A DNA stretch of 64,000 bases from Candidatus Dormiibacterota bacterium (GTDB lineage Bacteria; Patescibacteriota; Saccharimonadia; UBA4664; DATLOE01). The DNA lies in assembly GCA_035536395.1 (NCBI GenBank), contig DATLOE010000006.1:6899-70898 (forward strand), given 5' to 3'. Below, one piece after another: positions 1 through 9,931 of the stretch (position 1 is its first letter; each line of letters opens with the position of its first letter). Below the pieces are notes generated by a model. That model was given only the letters and a program-made list of their open reading frames with translations, searched no databases and was not told the DNA's origin. Both the position numbers and the translations under genes were made by a program.

Positions 1-337
1 TTACCTGTGGGCGCACTACACTAGCTAGTTCAATCTTATCGCTGGTGAGCGCCTTAATATCTCGCTTAGCCAGATACTTTAAAAAGCTGCGCAAGGCAAT
101 TAAATGATAATTTTGGGTGCTTTTACTGATAGGCTGGCCCCGATCGTCCTCCAGGCGGTTAAGCCACAGGCGCCACTTACGTACGGTTTCGGCTGAGAGC
201 TTGGCTATGCTGCAGTCACCTGTAAACTCTACCAGGCGCATCAGGTAGTGGTGGTAGTTGGCTACCGTTTTCTGGGAGCGGTTTTGTTCTATCTCTAAAT
301 GCTCTAAGAAATCAGTTATTAGCTCACTAAGCTTCAT
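1..337 (-). CDS. XerC/XerD-family tyrosine recombinase, N-terminal part (runs off window start)
   Basis: Manual translation: MKLSELITDFLEHLEIEQNRSQKTVANYHHYL...STQNYHLIALRSFLKYL, a typical integrase SAM-like N-terminal domain. Confidence 0.85.
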   Translation of the reverse strand, partial: MKLSELITDFLEHLEIEQNRSQKTVANYHHYLMRLVEFTGDCSIAKLSAETVRKWRLWLNRLEDDRGQPISKSTQNYHLIALRSFLKYLAKRDIKALTSDKIELASVVRPQV

Positions 338-400
338 ACTGCTTATGGTACACCGGAAGTGCAGTGTCGCACAACGTACGCGTGGTGTACACTTTAGCCT

Positions 401-2236
401 ATGATACGCCGTTATCTGCCGGTTTTGGCTTTGCTTGCACCCATTATCCCTTGGGGGAGCGGGGGTAGAGAGGGATGGGCGGTTGTGGTTAGTGTGTTCG
501 CTATGCTGCTCGGGGCCTTTTTTATCCTCCAGCGCCATTACTTCCGCCCGGCCGGTAAATACTTACTTGCGGCCACAGCCGGTTTAACGGCTTGGGCGGC
601 TGCCTCGTACTTCTGGTCGGTTAATAATTATCAGACTGGCTTGTGGGTTATGTACCTACTTATGGCTATTATTGGCTTTAGCCTGGCCAGGCAGCTGACT
701 GACTGGGAAGCACGCAAATGGATACTGGGCTATTTGGCTACCTCAACAGCCTTTAGCCTATACGGAATTTATCTATACTTAGCCGAAGGGTACGAGCGCT
801 TTACCTCGCTATTTTATTGGGCCAATCCAGCCGCGACCTTTTTAATACCGGCTTTTTTAATAGCTTTTTGGTACTTTCTAGGTTCGCACAAATTGCGATA
901 TGGGGCTTTGAGCACCATATTTTTGACTTCATTACTGCTCACATATTCGCGCGGCGGGTTAGCTGTTTTGGCTCTATTAAGCCTAATTGCCTTAACGTTT
1001 AGCCGGACTGTACGGAAGGGTTGGGTAAAAATCGTGTTCGTTTTAGGAATTTCAATATTGCTGAGTACGGGAGCCACCTATATTAGGCAGCAGATCGGTG
1101 TGCAGCATGTTGATGCCGGCAGCCGGTTTGCAGAAACCGTCAAAGGCGAATCTACCAGCCTCAGCGACAGGGCTAATTACCTAGCCAGCGCGGTTGCCAT
1201 TTGGTCTGATAATCCCTTTTTAGGTACAGGAGCGGGCACCTACGAAACCATCCACCCTCAGTATCAAAAAAGAGTTATTAGCGCTTCAAGCCACGCGCAT
1301 AATGCATATCTGCAAACCCTGGCAGAGTTAGGTATCCTCGGGTTTTTACTGCTACTAGCAGTAAAAGTGGCCTTAATTCTCGGGGTACTTAAGACAGTGT
1401 GGCTGAAGCCAGAGCTAAGAATAGTAGCCCTATCTCTAGTTGGCCTGCTGATTCATTTCGGTTTAGATACAGGTTCTCGGTACCCGGCGCTTATCCTACT
1501 CTTAGCCATTTTGGCGGGCCTTACGTATGCTTCGCCCCGGCCGGTGCGCAAAAACAGCCGTATTTTGCCGATTTCTTTAATTCTAGCGTTAGTTTTGGCT
1601 GTTAGTTTTCAGCAGAGCCAAACCTGGGCCATAAAAGCTGAAACGGCGGCAGAAGAGCGTGATTATATCCGTACCGCGGAACTATACCGCCAGGCACATA
1701 CTGGCCTATTATACGACCCTGACTACTGGACGCAGGAGGGGATATACTACTACACGCTAGCTTCATTTACAGGTAAATCGAAGACCTTTACAACTCTAGC
1801 GCGCGACCGCGCCGAGCAGGCTGTGCGCCTTGATCCAAAGGATGCCCAGCATTATTTTTTGCTGGCCCGTACCGAGAAGCTGGCAGGTAGTATAGAGAAA
1901 GCCGAGAGCCTCTACCGCAAAACTTTAGAGCTTGATCCGTACAATCACCCTCAGTATTACTTTGATCTAGCTAAACTGCAGGCCGCCCGCGGTAAAATAC
2001 CAGAAGCAATCCAAACTGCCGATACGGTTTTACGCTTGTATGACGAGGCGGTCTTGGCTAACCGAGTGCATGATAAAGAGGTACCCCGGACTATTTCGGG
2101 AGTAATGGTGTTTAAGGCCGATCATCTGGCCCGCGCCGGCCACATAAAAGAGGCCCGCTCTCTGGCCGAGAAGGCAATTAAGGTTTATCCGGCCAACGCA
2201 GCAGCAGGGCAGTTAATAAAAGCCTTGCCCGAGTGA
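401..2236 (+). CDS. O-antigen ligase-family membrane protein with C-terminal TPR repeats
   Basis: Multiple TM helices, TYSRGG and HAHNAYLQTLAELG motifs, TPR-like C-terminus. Confidence 0.85.
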   Translation: MIRRYLPVLALLAPIIPWGSGGREGWAVVVSVFAMLLGAFFILQRHYFRPAGKYLLAATAGLTAWAAASYFWSVNNYQTGLWVMYLLMAIIGFSLARQLTDWEARKWILGYLATSTAFSLYGIYLYLAEGYERFTSLFYWANPAATFLIPAFLIAFWYFLGSHKLRYGALSTIFLTSLLLTYSRGGLAVLALLSLIALTFSRTVRKGWVKIVFVLGISILLSTGATYIRQQIGVQHVDAGSRFAETVKGESTSLSDRANYLASAVAIWSDNPFLGTGAGTYETIHPQYQKRVISASSHAHNAYLQTLAELGILGFLLLLAVKVALILGVLKTVWLKPELRIVALSLVGLLIHFGLDTGSRYPALILLLAILAGLTYASPRPVRKNSRILPISLILALVLAVSFQQSQTWAIKAETAAEERDYIRTAELYRQAHTGLLYDPDYWTQEGIYYYTLASFTGKSKTFTTLARDRAEQAVRLDPKDAQHYFLLARTEKLAGSIEKAESLYRKTLELDPYNHPQYYFDLAKLQAARGKIPEAIQTADTVLRLYDEAVLANRVHDKEVPRTISGVMVFKADHLARAGHIKEARSLAEKAIKVYPANAAAGQLIKALPE

Positions 2237-2274
2237 TTCTAGCGGCATAAGCACTTAATGCGTATAATGATTTC

Positions 2275-3066
2275 ATGCAAATTCTAGAAGCGCTCTTACT
2301 TGGCATCATCCAGGGATTCACAGAATTCATACCGGTATCCAGCTCCGCACACTTACTGATTTTCGGCAAATGGTTAAACTTCGAAGCCAGCACACTGTCT
2401 TTCGACCTTGCCCTGCATATCGGCACACTAGTAGCGCTTTTCTTGTTTTTCCGCGGTGATCTGTACGATCTTGGCATAGGGCTAGTTAAGAAAACCGAGC
2501 ACAGCCGTATGAGCTGGATGATTGTACTTGCCACCATACCGGCAGTAATTGGCGGGGTGCTTTTGCAGTCATATGCCCAGGGCCTATTTAGGTCAGATGC
2601 CTTTACAGTGGTTGTGGCCACTAATTTAATTACTGTAGCTGTAATTATGCTGGCGGCCGAGCGTTTGGGCGCAAAGAAGTATGAGCTAAAAGACACCACC
2701 ATTCCTAAAATCTTAGCGGTTGGTCTGGCGCAAGTACTGGCATTGGTACCGGGGGTGTCGCGCTCGGGCATTACCATAAGCGCGGGGCTGCTAGCCGGCT
2801 TTAACCACGTGGCGGCTACTAGACTGTCTTTCTTGCTTTCGTTTCCGGTTATTTTAGGGGCAGTACTCAAGGTGGTGTTTGAACCAAGCGGACTTACTGA
2901 TATGGCAGCTGCACCTGCGCTGTACATAGCCGGAGCCGTAGGCGCCGCCGTGAGCGGTTACGCGGCTATTAAATTTATGCTAAAGTACCTTGCCACACGT
3001 GGGCTGGGCCTCTTCGCGTATTATCGGATAGCACTTGGAATAATAATTTTACTGGTTGGAGTGTAA
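2275..3066 (+). CDS. uppP: Undecaprenyl-diphosphate phosphatase
   Basis: QGFTEFIPVSSSAHL and PGVSRSG motifs. Confidence 0.95.
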   Translation: MQILEALLLGIIQGFTEFIPVSSSAHLLIFGKWLNFEASTLSFDLALHIGTLVALFLFFRGDLYDLGIGLVKKTEHSRMSWMIVLATIPAVIGGVLLQSYAQGLFRSDAFTVVVATNLITVAVIMLAAERLGAKKYELKDTTIPKILAVGLAQVLALVPGVSRSGITISAGLLAGFNHVAATRLSFLLSFPVILGAVLKVVFEPSGLTDMAAAPALYIAGAVGAAVSGYAAIKFMLKYLATRGLGLFAYYRIALGIIILLVGV

Positions 3067-3684
3067 GTGGGAATTACGGAATCTTTAGCGTCTTACGCAA
3101 TAAACTTAATTAACGATCTCGGTTACGGAGGCCTGGCCTTCGGCCTTATTATCGATTCAGCCGGTGTGCCTATTCCTTCCGAGGTATTAATACCGGCAGC
3201 AGCAATTCTAGCTAAAGAGGGCCGGTTTGATGTAGTGGTGATGATGGCTGTGGCGACTCTTGCCCAAACACTGGGCGCAGTGATTGCATACCATATAGGC
3301 CTGCGGCGGGGACTGCCATTTATACGCAAGTATGGCAAATACGTTTTAATTTCTAACAGGGAGCTCAACTTAACCCACCGCTGGTTTGAGCGCTATGGCG
3401 AAGGCTTAACCTTTGTTGGCCGCTGTATGCCGATTATCCGCGGCTACATCGGCTTCGTAGGGGGGATTGCCGAAATGCCGTTTAAGCGCTTTTTGGCGGC
3501 TTCTTTTATAGGATCACTAACCTGGACTATCATTCTGACGGTGTTGGGCTACATGGTAGCCGATAATATGCACCGGATAGAGGAGATAATGCGGCCGTTT
3601 TCGATTGTGATTGCACTCGGCTTGGCTTTTGGCATGGTATATTTCATAATTCATAGAATTCGCAGTAATAAGGAAAAAGCGTGA
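3067..3684 (+). CDS. DedA family membrane protein
   Basis: PIPSE motif, WFERYG and GRCMPIIR motifs. Confidence 0.9.
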   Translation: MGITESLASYAINLINDLGYGGLAFGLIIDSAGVPIPSEVLIPAAAILAKEGRFDVVVMMAVATLAQTLGAVIAYHIGLRRGLPFIRKYGKYVLISNRELNLTHRWFERYGEGLTFVGRCMPIIRGYIGFVGGIAEMPFKRFLAASFIGSLTWTIILTVLGYMVADNMHRIEEIMRPFSIVIALGLAFGMVYFIIHRIRSNKEKA

Positions 3685-4964
3685 AACAGCGTATTACCAC
3701 CCTCCCTAACGGACTTAGAATTGTCACCTCCCATATGGCCGACGCCCAAAGCGTAACGGTCTCTATTATTGCTGGTGTCGGCAGTCGGTATGAGGACTAT
3801 GAAGTAAATGGCGGTGTATCGCATTTTCTGGAGCACCTACTTTTTAAAGGCACCAAGAAATGGCCGGGAGCTAAGATAATCTCGGAAAAAATCGATGCCG
3901 TTGGCGGCTACAATAACGCCTACACTTCTAACGACATGACTAATTACTTTGTGAAAGTTCCGCACCAGCATGCACCACTGGCCATGGATATTCTAGCCGA
4001 CATGATCAGAAACCCCTTGCTTGATCCAGTTGAGACAGATAGAGAGCGTAACGTTATTTTGGAAGAAATGAATGTATACCGAGATGACCCCAGCCGGTAC
4101 GTCGGCTCCTTGCTGCCGCCGTTGCTGTGGCCAAACCAGCCGCTTGGCCAAGATGTAATCGGCAGCGAAAAGGTGATCCGGGAAATTCCCCACGCGCGCA
4201 TAGTCGGGTACCACAAGCTTCACTACCGTCCTGATAATTTAGTAGTGGCAGCTGCCGGCAAGGTCGATCATGATGCGATAGTGACTCAGGCTAAACAGCT
4301 GCTGGGCGGTCTAAAAAAGTCGACCTTGGCAAAAGCTGCTAGAGCTAAGGACACCCCAGCCGCGGATAAGGTGGGAATTCTAGCTAAAGATACTGCCCAG
4401 ACTCATTTAATAATCGGCACTTACGGCTACAAGTTCTTAGACAGGGATAATCCGGCGGCTCAAATAGTAACGGCTATCCTTGGCCGGGGGATGAGCTCGC
4501 GCCTATTTATTAATGTGCGTGAGCGTAAAGGGCTGGCTTACAGTGTGAATGCCTCGATTCACAGCTTTGCCGACACCGGTGTGTTCGATGTTTATGCCGG
4601 CGTAAATCTAGACAAAACTACATTGGCTATTGAAGCCATAATGAAAGAACTAGAGCTGATTTGCTCCAAGAAGGTTGCGGCAAGGGAGCTTAATAAGGCT
4701 AAAAACCAGCTCAAGGGCGGGCTGCAAATGTCGCTAGAGAGCAATTTTTCCGTGGCCGACCGCCTGGCTACTCAGCTGATTTTGGTTAATAAGATTAAAA
4801 GCGTAGAAAAGATTTTGCAGGAAATAGATGCCGTAACACCAGAAGATGTGCTGCGGGTAGCTCGGAAAATGCTAGATCCCCAGAAGCTGCGCATGGCTAT
4901 TATTACCCCCAACCCTGAGCCGGCCGCTAAAACATTTCGTAAACTAACAGGAGAGCTATCATAA
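3681..4964 (+). CDS. M16 family zinc peptidase
   Basis: Inverted zinc motif HFLEH, NAYTS, SSRLF..VRERKGLAY. Confidence 0.93.
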   Translation: MKQRITTLPNGLRIVTSHMADAQSVTVSIIAGVGSRYEDYEVNGGVSHFLEHLLFKGTKKWPGAKIISEKIDAVGGYNNAYTSNDMTNYFVKVPHQHAPLAMDILADMIRNPLLDPVETDRERNVILEEMNVYRDDPSRYVGSLLPPLLWPNQPLGQDVIGSEKVIREIPHARIVGYHKLHYRPDNLVVAAAGKVDHDAIVTQAKQLLGGLKKSTLAKAARAKDTPAADKVGILAKDTAQTHLIIGTYGYKFLDRDNPAAQIVTAILGRGMSSRLFINVRERKGLAYSVNASIHSFADTGVFDVYAGVNLDKTTLAIEAIMKELELICSKKVAARELNKAKNQLKGGLQMSLESNFSVADRLATQLILVNKIKSVEKILQEIDAVTPEDVLRVARKMLDPQKLRMAIITPNPEPAAKTFRKLTGELS

Positions 4965-5473
4965 TGGAACGTACTTTAATTGTCTTTAAACCCGATGCCG
5001 TGCAGAGGGGAATTGTAGGGGAGGTACTTTCGCGTTTCGAGAAGGTGGGGCTGAAGATCGCTGGCCTTAAAATGCTCTCGCCCGACCGCGATTACTACTA
5101 CCATCACTACGAAGACATTGGCAAGCTAATCAGTCGCCGGGGCAAGGATACATTTGAAATCACACTGGATATGATGATGGAGGGGCCAGTGGTTGCGGCG
5201 GTACTTGAAGGTATCGAAGCTGTTTCGCTGGTGCGTAAAATGGTCGGACCGACCGAGCCGAAAGACGCCCCGCCCGGGACCATTCGCGGCGATTACGCTC
5301 ATATGAGTTATAAGCACGGGGATGCGGAGCAGATTGGAATCCCTAATATTCTGCATGCTTCGGGAGACGAGAAAGAAGCAGAGGCTGAGATTGCCCATTG
5401 GTTTAGCCAGTCAGAACTGTACGATTACGAGAGCGTGCATCAGAAATTCACTCAGGCTAAAAAGAAGAAGTAG
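4964..5473 (+). CDS. ndk: Nucleoside diphosphate kinase
   Basis: ERTLIVFKPDAVQRG, PGTIRGDY, NILHAS motifs. Confidence 0.95.
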   Translation: MERTLIVFKPDAVQRGIVGEVLSRFEKVGLKIAGLKMLSPDRDYYYHHYEDIGKLISRRGKDTFEITLDMMMEGPVVAAVLEGIEAVSLVRKMVGPTEPKDAPPGTIRGDYAHMSYKHGDAEQIGIPNILHASGDEKEAEAEIAHWFSQSELYDYESVHQKFTQAKKKK

Positions 5474-5503
5474 CTCCTTCTCTGATATAATTTGTTACGT
5501 CCT

Positions 5504-5579
5504 GCCCTCGTAGCTCAGTGGATAGAGCGCCTCCGTCCTAAGGAGGGCGTCGGGAGTTCGAATCTCTCCGAGGGCGCCA
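5504..5579 (+). tRNA. tRNA-Arg(CCT)
   Basis: Cloverleaf: acceptor GCCCTCG/CGAGGGC, anticodon stem CCTCC/GGAGG with loop GTCCTAA, GTTCGAAT T-loop, encoded CCA. Confidence 0.93.
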
Positions 5580-5763
5580 TGAGCTGTCGCTTGAGCTTTT
5601 TCGAGCTATAGCTCATGGTTCGGAGAGTGAGAACTCCCGCTGAGTTCGGTGGACGAGGAGCGCAGGAAATAATGAGCTGGCTCAAATTATTTCCGAGCAC
5701 CGCAGGGAGAAGGCTGCAGGCCGCTATCTCTCCGAGGGCGCCATAAGCTATCGCTTGGCTTTT
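5580..5763 (+). repeat. tRNA-Arg-associated element: hairpin, antisense T-arm, conserved core, duplicated tRNA 3' end
   Basis: ATCTCTCCGAGGGCGCCAT occurs at 5562-5580 and 5726-5744; 5616-5638 is complementary to the tRNA 3' half; the core resembles the tRNA-Gly element. Confidence 0.8.
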
Positions 5764-5844
5764 CCTGTATGACAAATCTTTGCAAACAACACTTCTTATG
5801 CCAGAATGGGTATGTCTGATCTTTGAATTTACAAAGGAGTTGTT

Positions 5845-6147
5845 GTGATGCTCCGCACGGTAGAACAAGAACAATCACCGACAACCTGTAGCCACGGAAT
5901 TTTGATACGCGGCTCGGGTATGAAGCTGGGCATTTCTAGCATTAACCTGCCCGAAAGAAGGATTTGCGTCTCCTGCGGAAAGACCGAAACGGCCGATGAG
6001 GACGGATTTTTCAAAAACCTGACGGTCGAGCCCGTACGTACGGTCTCGCTGCAAGAACTCACTCACTATCAAGGCGACCATCCAAATGCCGTGCGGCTGC
6101 GAGAAGAAGTGGCAGATGAGGGGCACATAATAAGGGGCGCGGAGTAA
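5845..6147 (+). CDS. Small hypothetical protein, possible Zn-binding (CxH...CxxC)
   Basis: AAGGAG RBS upstream; followed by an intrinsic terminator. Confidence 0.6.
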   Translation: MMLRTVEQEQSPTTCSHGILIRGSGMKLGISSINLPERRICVSCGKTETADEDGFFKNLTVEPVRTVSLQELTHYQGDHPNAVRLREEVADEGHIIRGAE

Positions 6148-6157
6148 TAAGATCGGC

Positions 6158-6186
6158 AAGGCGGGCTATAATAGGCCCGCCTTTTT
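6158..6186 (+). terminator. Intrinsic terminator
   Basis: AAGGCGGGCT-loop-GGCCCGCCTT followed by a T run. Confidence 0.75.
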
Positions 6187-6225
6187 CATTGGCGAAAATC
6201 CTTACGCCTGCATTACAATATAGAT

Positions 6226-6753
6226 ATGGAAAAAAAGTTTGAACCGGAATTTCCCGGCCAACATCAAGATGAAAAGATAGAACTGGTATTTCGTCAGCAC
6301 CCCATTGTACTCAGAAAAGAGCTGATAATAGGGCTGCTTATTATACTAGCCGGTACCGGCCCGCTGTTGCTTTTTCCGCTGTCGGATCTGGCCATGAAGA
6401 TCTTAATAGCCAGCCCCATAATCACCTTGGCCTACTGGTTCTACCATTGGATCGGCTGGCACTATAGTATTAATATTCTCACCGATAGCCGGCTAATATC
6501 CATTAAGCAAAGAGGCTTCTTTAATCGTAAAGTAAGTGAGGTGGGGCTAGATAGGGTGCAATCGATTAATTACCATATTAAAGGCCTGCAGGCAGCTCTG
6601 TTTAAGTTCGGCGATATTACCGTGCAGACTTTTAGTGGGGAGTGGCTAATGAAATCTATTAGCCATCCGGTAGAAACACATACCAAAATGATAGAAGTAG
6701 CCAGAAAAGTCTCCAAGGAGTTTGTACCTACCTCGACAGTGCCCGATAAATAA
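6226..6753 (+). CDS. Membrane protein with bacterial PH domain
   Basis: Two TM helices, then ILTDSRLI..QRGFF..V.E..LDRVQ...FGDI.VQT pattern. Confidence 0.8.
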   Translation: MEKKFEPEFPGQHQDEKIELVFRQHPIVLRKELIIGLLIILAGTGPLLLFPLSDLAMKILIASPIITLAYWFYHWIGWHYSINILTDSRLISIKQRGFFNRKVSEVGLDRVQSINYHIKGLQAALFKFGDITVQTFSGEWLMKSISHPVETHTKMIEVARKVSKEFVPTSTVPDK

Positions 6754-6809
6754 GGTAGATTAAATATTAACGTAACCGCAAACAGCGGCTAATTAAATGG
6801 AGTGGTATA

Positions 6810-7847
6810 TTGAGCGAAGACAGCAAGCGTAAAACCGGCCGGAAATCACCAGCAAAGAAAACATCAGCCAAAAAAACTTCGGCGGTAGCTAGCGCCACGG
6901 TAATGCCTTCGGGTACAGGTCAGAGGCGCCTGACTGACGATAATCGCAGAGCGCTTTTGATTGCAGCTGCTATTATTTCAGCCCTGCTAGCCATATTCTT
7001 AATCGTTTTTGGTGTACTGATTTACAAATATAAGAGTGATAGCCGAGCAGTTCAGCTGGCGGCAGCCATTGTGCCTTACCCGGCCGAAAAGGTGAATGGT
7101 AGTTTTATAACTTATAGTGATTACCTATTTGAAGTTAATTCGATTAAGCACTACTACTTAAGCCAAACCACCCCCGACAATAAGCCAGCTATAGATTTTA
7201 ATACCCCCGAAGGCAAGACACGACTCAAGGAGCTGCAAAAACAGGTACTAGAGCAGCTCAAGAGTGATGCTGTCGTGAGGCAGCTGGCTAATAAGAATAA
7301 GATATCTGTATCTGACAAAGAGGTAAAAGAACAAGTAGACCAAATTACTAAATCTGCCGGCGGGGAAGCTAAGGTAAAAGAAGTGCTGAAGAAATTCTAT
7401 GGTTGGGATACTGGCGACCTGAAGAAAAAGATTCACTTCCAGCTGCTTAAGCAAAAGCTGGCTACAAAGATTAGCAGTGATGAGACTTCTAACGCCCAAG
7501 CCAAGGCCAAGGCTGAAGATGTCTTGAAGCAGGTTAAGGCCGGCACCGACTTTGCCGAGCTGGCTAAGAAACATTCTCAAGATTCAACTGCCGCAAATGG
7601 CGGAGACCTGGGGCTGTTTGGCAAAGGGCAGATGGTGCCTGAATTCGAAAACGCCGCCTTTGCGCTGCAGCCAGGGCAGACCTCTGAGATAGTTAAGACC
7701 AAATTCGGTTATCACATCATTAAGGTGACTGAAAAGAAAGATGACCAAGTGAAGGCCTCTCACATCTTAATTAAAGCCATCGATTTCGATCAGTACCTAA
7801 AGGATGAACTGGCTAAGGCCAAAGTTACCCAATACATCAAAATTTAG
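6810..7847 (+). CDS. PrsA/SurA-like parvulin peptidyl-prolyl isomerase
   Basis: N-terminal TM anchor; [30 protein letters not shown] motifs. Confidence 0.9.
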   Translation: MSEDSKRKTGRKSPAKKTSAKKTSAVASATVMPSGTGQRRLTDDNRRALLIAAAIISALLAIFLIVFGVLIYKYKSDSRAVQLAAAIVPYPAEKVNGSFITYSDYLFEVNSIKHYYLSQTTPDNKPAIDFNTPEGKTRLKELQKQVLEQLKSDAVVRQLANKNKISVSDKEVKEQVDQITKSAGGEAKVKEVLKKFYGWDTGDLKKKIHFQLLKQKLATKISSDETSNAQAKAKAEDVLKQVKAGTDFAELAKKHSQDSTAANGGDLGLFGKGQMVPEFENAAFALQPGQTSEIVKTKFGYHIIKVTEKKDDQVKASHILIKAIDFDQYLKDELAKAKVTQYIKI

Positions 7848-7859
7848 GTAGGGTTTAAT

Positions 7860-9047
7860 ATGTGGCACCTGCCTTCACAGAGTTTTCATCTTTTTAAACT
7901 GACCGACCTACGCGAAATGTACGCGGCGGAAATGATCAAATTCCTCTCGCTAGGCTTGGTCGGTATATTCATTCCTATATACCTCTACACTAAAGGCGTA
8001 CCGCTGACTCTAATTATTGCTTTTTTGCTGTGGTCGACTATTTTACAGATTGGAGCGGCCTGGCTAGGGGGTAGCCTCATACCCAAGTATGGGGTTAAGC
8101 ATCTTTTGGGTGCCTCCTTTATTCTGGCTTTTGCTTATTTACTGGCCCTGGCGGCCTTTAATCAGGTATGGGTATTGTTTGCGGTTATTGCTCCGCTGTA
8201 CGCGGTAGCAGAGAGCTTCCATTCTGTCGCGTATCACTATGAATTCTCTAAGGTTAAAGATGCGGACCATAGCGGCCAGCAGTTGAGTAATGTAACAATC
8301 ATGGTTCATCTAGCCGCGGCCATCGGGCCGTTTTTAGGAGGCGTGATTGGTGCCATTTACGGTTTACAAATGACTCTTTTCGTTTGCCTCGGGCTTATGG
8401 TGCTAGGTATCGGCCCGTTATTTGCCACACGAGATATCAAACCCAGACACAAGCTTGATATGAGTAAAATCAGCTTAATGAAAATAAAGAATGATTTAAT
8501 TAGTTATAGCGGACGAGGCTTGGAGTATGTAGTTACGCTGCTAGTGTGGCCGCTATTTATGTTCCTATTCCTCGGCAGTCTGGTGGAGGTTGGAGCCGTG
8601 ACCACAGTAGCTCTAATGCTCACACTTTTTGCCAGCTACTTTATCGGGCGGCTGACCGATCGGGGCTATAGGGCGCGGCTGATAAGAATCGGCAGCATTA
8701 GTAATGCGATGGCTAATGTAGCCAGGATGCTAGTAACCGGACTAGGCTCAATACTTGCGGTTAATATCTTTAGCGATATCACTCGCGCCATAGTGCGCAT
8801 TGCCTGGGGGGCGCAGTATTATAGCAATGCCGACCGCCACAGTCGTCTGGAATACATCGTGGCGATGGAGCTGGCTGCTTACTCAGGAAGGGTACTGCTG
8901 TTTGCGGCTATGTTGGCTGCTAGCATAGTGGCTTCTGCCAAGGCAATATTCATAGCTGCCTTTGCCGTTACCGCCCTGGGCATGCTTTTGGTAATGAAAA
9001 TTGATCAGAAGGCCAAGCGCACTAAAATCTACGTCGGGCATTATTAA
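7860..9047 (+). CDS. MFS transporter
   Basis: About 12 TM helices; GRLTDRG loop motif. Confidence 0.8.
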   Translation: MWHLPSQSFHLFKLTDLREMYAAEMIKFLSLGLVGIFIPIYLYTKGVPLTLIIAFLLWSTILQIGAAWLGGSLIPKYGVKHLLGASFILAFAYLLALAAFNQVWVLFAVIAPLYAVAESFHSVAYHYEFSKVKDADHSGQQLSNVTIMVHLAAAIGPFLGGVIGAIYGLQMTLFVCLGLMVLGIGPLFATRDIKPRHKLDMSKISLMKIKNDLISYSGRGLEYVVTLLVWPLFMFLFLGSLVEVGAVTTVALMLTLFASYFIGRLTDRGYRARLIRIGSISNAMANVARMLVTGLGSILAVNIFSDITRAIVRIAWGAQYYSNADRHSRLEYIVAMELAAYSGRVLLFAAMLAASIVASAKAIFIAAFAVTALGMLLVMKIDQKAKRTKIYVGHY

Positions 9048-9078
9048 AGGAAAACCCCCGAGTGTCCATACTCAGGGG

Positions 9079-9180
9079 TTATTGGAGGATACCGTTGGTT
9101 ATTAAGCAATTCTTCGGGTCTTTGATGCCGTGCGCGATTAAAAGCGTAAAAGCATGGCCTAGAGCCTTTTCAAAGGGCAT
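9079..9180 (-). CDS. Possible 33-aa small protein or gene remnant (MPFEKALGHAFTLLIAHGIKDPKNCLITNGILQ)
   Basis: Manual translation; lies downstream of the wHTH gene and before a hairpin; not in the ORF track. Confidence 0.3.
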   Translation of the reverse strand: MPFEKALGHAFTLLIAHGIKDPKNCLITNGILQ

Positions 9181-9216
9181 CAGGTATAGCTCCACAGTCT
9201 TCTAAGGGTAAAATTA

Positions 9217-9621
9217 CTAGCTTCTGCCAGTAGTAGGCTTGTCATTATTCAGGTCCGAAGCCAATAACTTGACCAAGCCTTCATCCAGGCAACTCCGTGT
9301 AGCCTCCGCCAGTTCTTCGATAAATTCCTGATTCAGGCGGTAGAAATGCTTTAATGCTCCCCTCCGCGGCTCGATTCTGGTCATCTTGATTAGACCGTTG
9401 TCCGCCAGCCACCGGAAGTGATAACTGATACTGCCTAGCCGCCCCCGCCCCGTAATAGTTGCTGCCACCTCTACCGGGCTCATCTCAGTTAACTTGGTCG
9501 CTTTCATGATCTCTATACGCAGGGGATGCGAAAGGGCTGCTCCCAATAAAACTATCTTTGCTATATCGTCCTCGGAAGTATTAGTCCCGATCTTTGCTAG
9601 CTGTGCGGGGGTCATTTCCAC
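9217..9621 (-). CDS. ArsR-like winged-helix transcriptional regulator
   Basis: ALSHPLRIEIM...SYHFRWL...GLI...EPRRGALKHFYRL. Confidence 0.8.
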   Translation of the reverse strand: MEMTPAQLAKIGTNTSEDDIAKIVLLGAALSHPLRIEIMKATKLTEMSPVEVAATITGRGRLGSISYHFRWLADNGLIKMTRIEPRRGALKHFYRLNQEFIEELAEATRSCLDEGLVKLLASDLNNDKPTTGRS

Positions 9622-9758
9622 CCTTCTATATCAGAATTTTCAAGGTAAAGGGTCATTTAAGCTATAAATCAGCTTTTTTGCAAGCATAAGAAAAACCCAG
9701 CATAGCATTATTGTCAGGTAGGTGGCTTTTTGGTAGTATTAATCAGTTAATTTGACGC

Positions 9759-9835
9759 GGGCTCGTGGTGTAGAGGCCTAACACGCCTCCCTGTCACGGA
9801 GGAGATCGCCGGTTCGAATCCGGTCGGGCCCGCCA
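9759..9835 (+). tRNA. tRNA-Asp(GTC)
   Basis: Cloverleaf with anticodon loop CTGTCAC, T-loop TTCGAAT, CCA end. Confidence 0.95.
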
Positions 9836-9931
9836 AGAAAAGCGTATGACTTTGTGTCGTGCGCTTTTCTTGTGTGCCAACACTATTCGGACTGGTGAAG
9901 CCGGGGCGTAAAATAAGCGGAGTGTAATTTC

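Noticed and set aside
1-337. Tyrosine recombinase as the mobiliser of the tRNA elements
   Set aside because: It looks like a housekeeping XerC/D, is not adjacent to any element, and nothing in the sequence links them.
2178-2927. 249-aa minus-strand ORF and similar shadow ORFs opposite real genes
   Set aside because: Antisense shadows of well-supported genes such as uppP, with no motifs of their own.
5515-5884. Minus-strand ORFs over tRNA-Arg and its downstream element; likewise ORFs in 12238-12722
   Set aside because: They are translations of tRNA and repeat sequence with no protein motifs.
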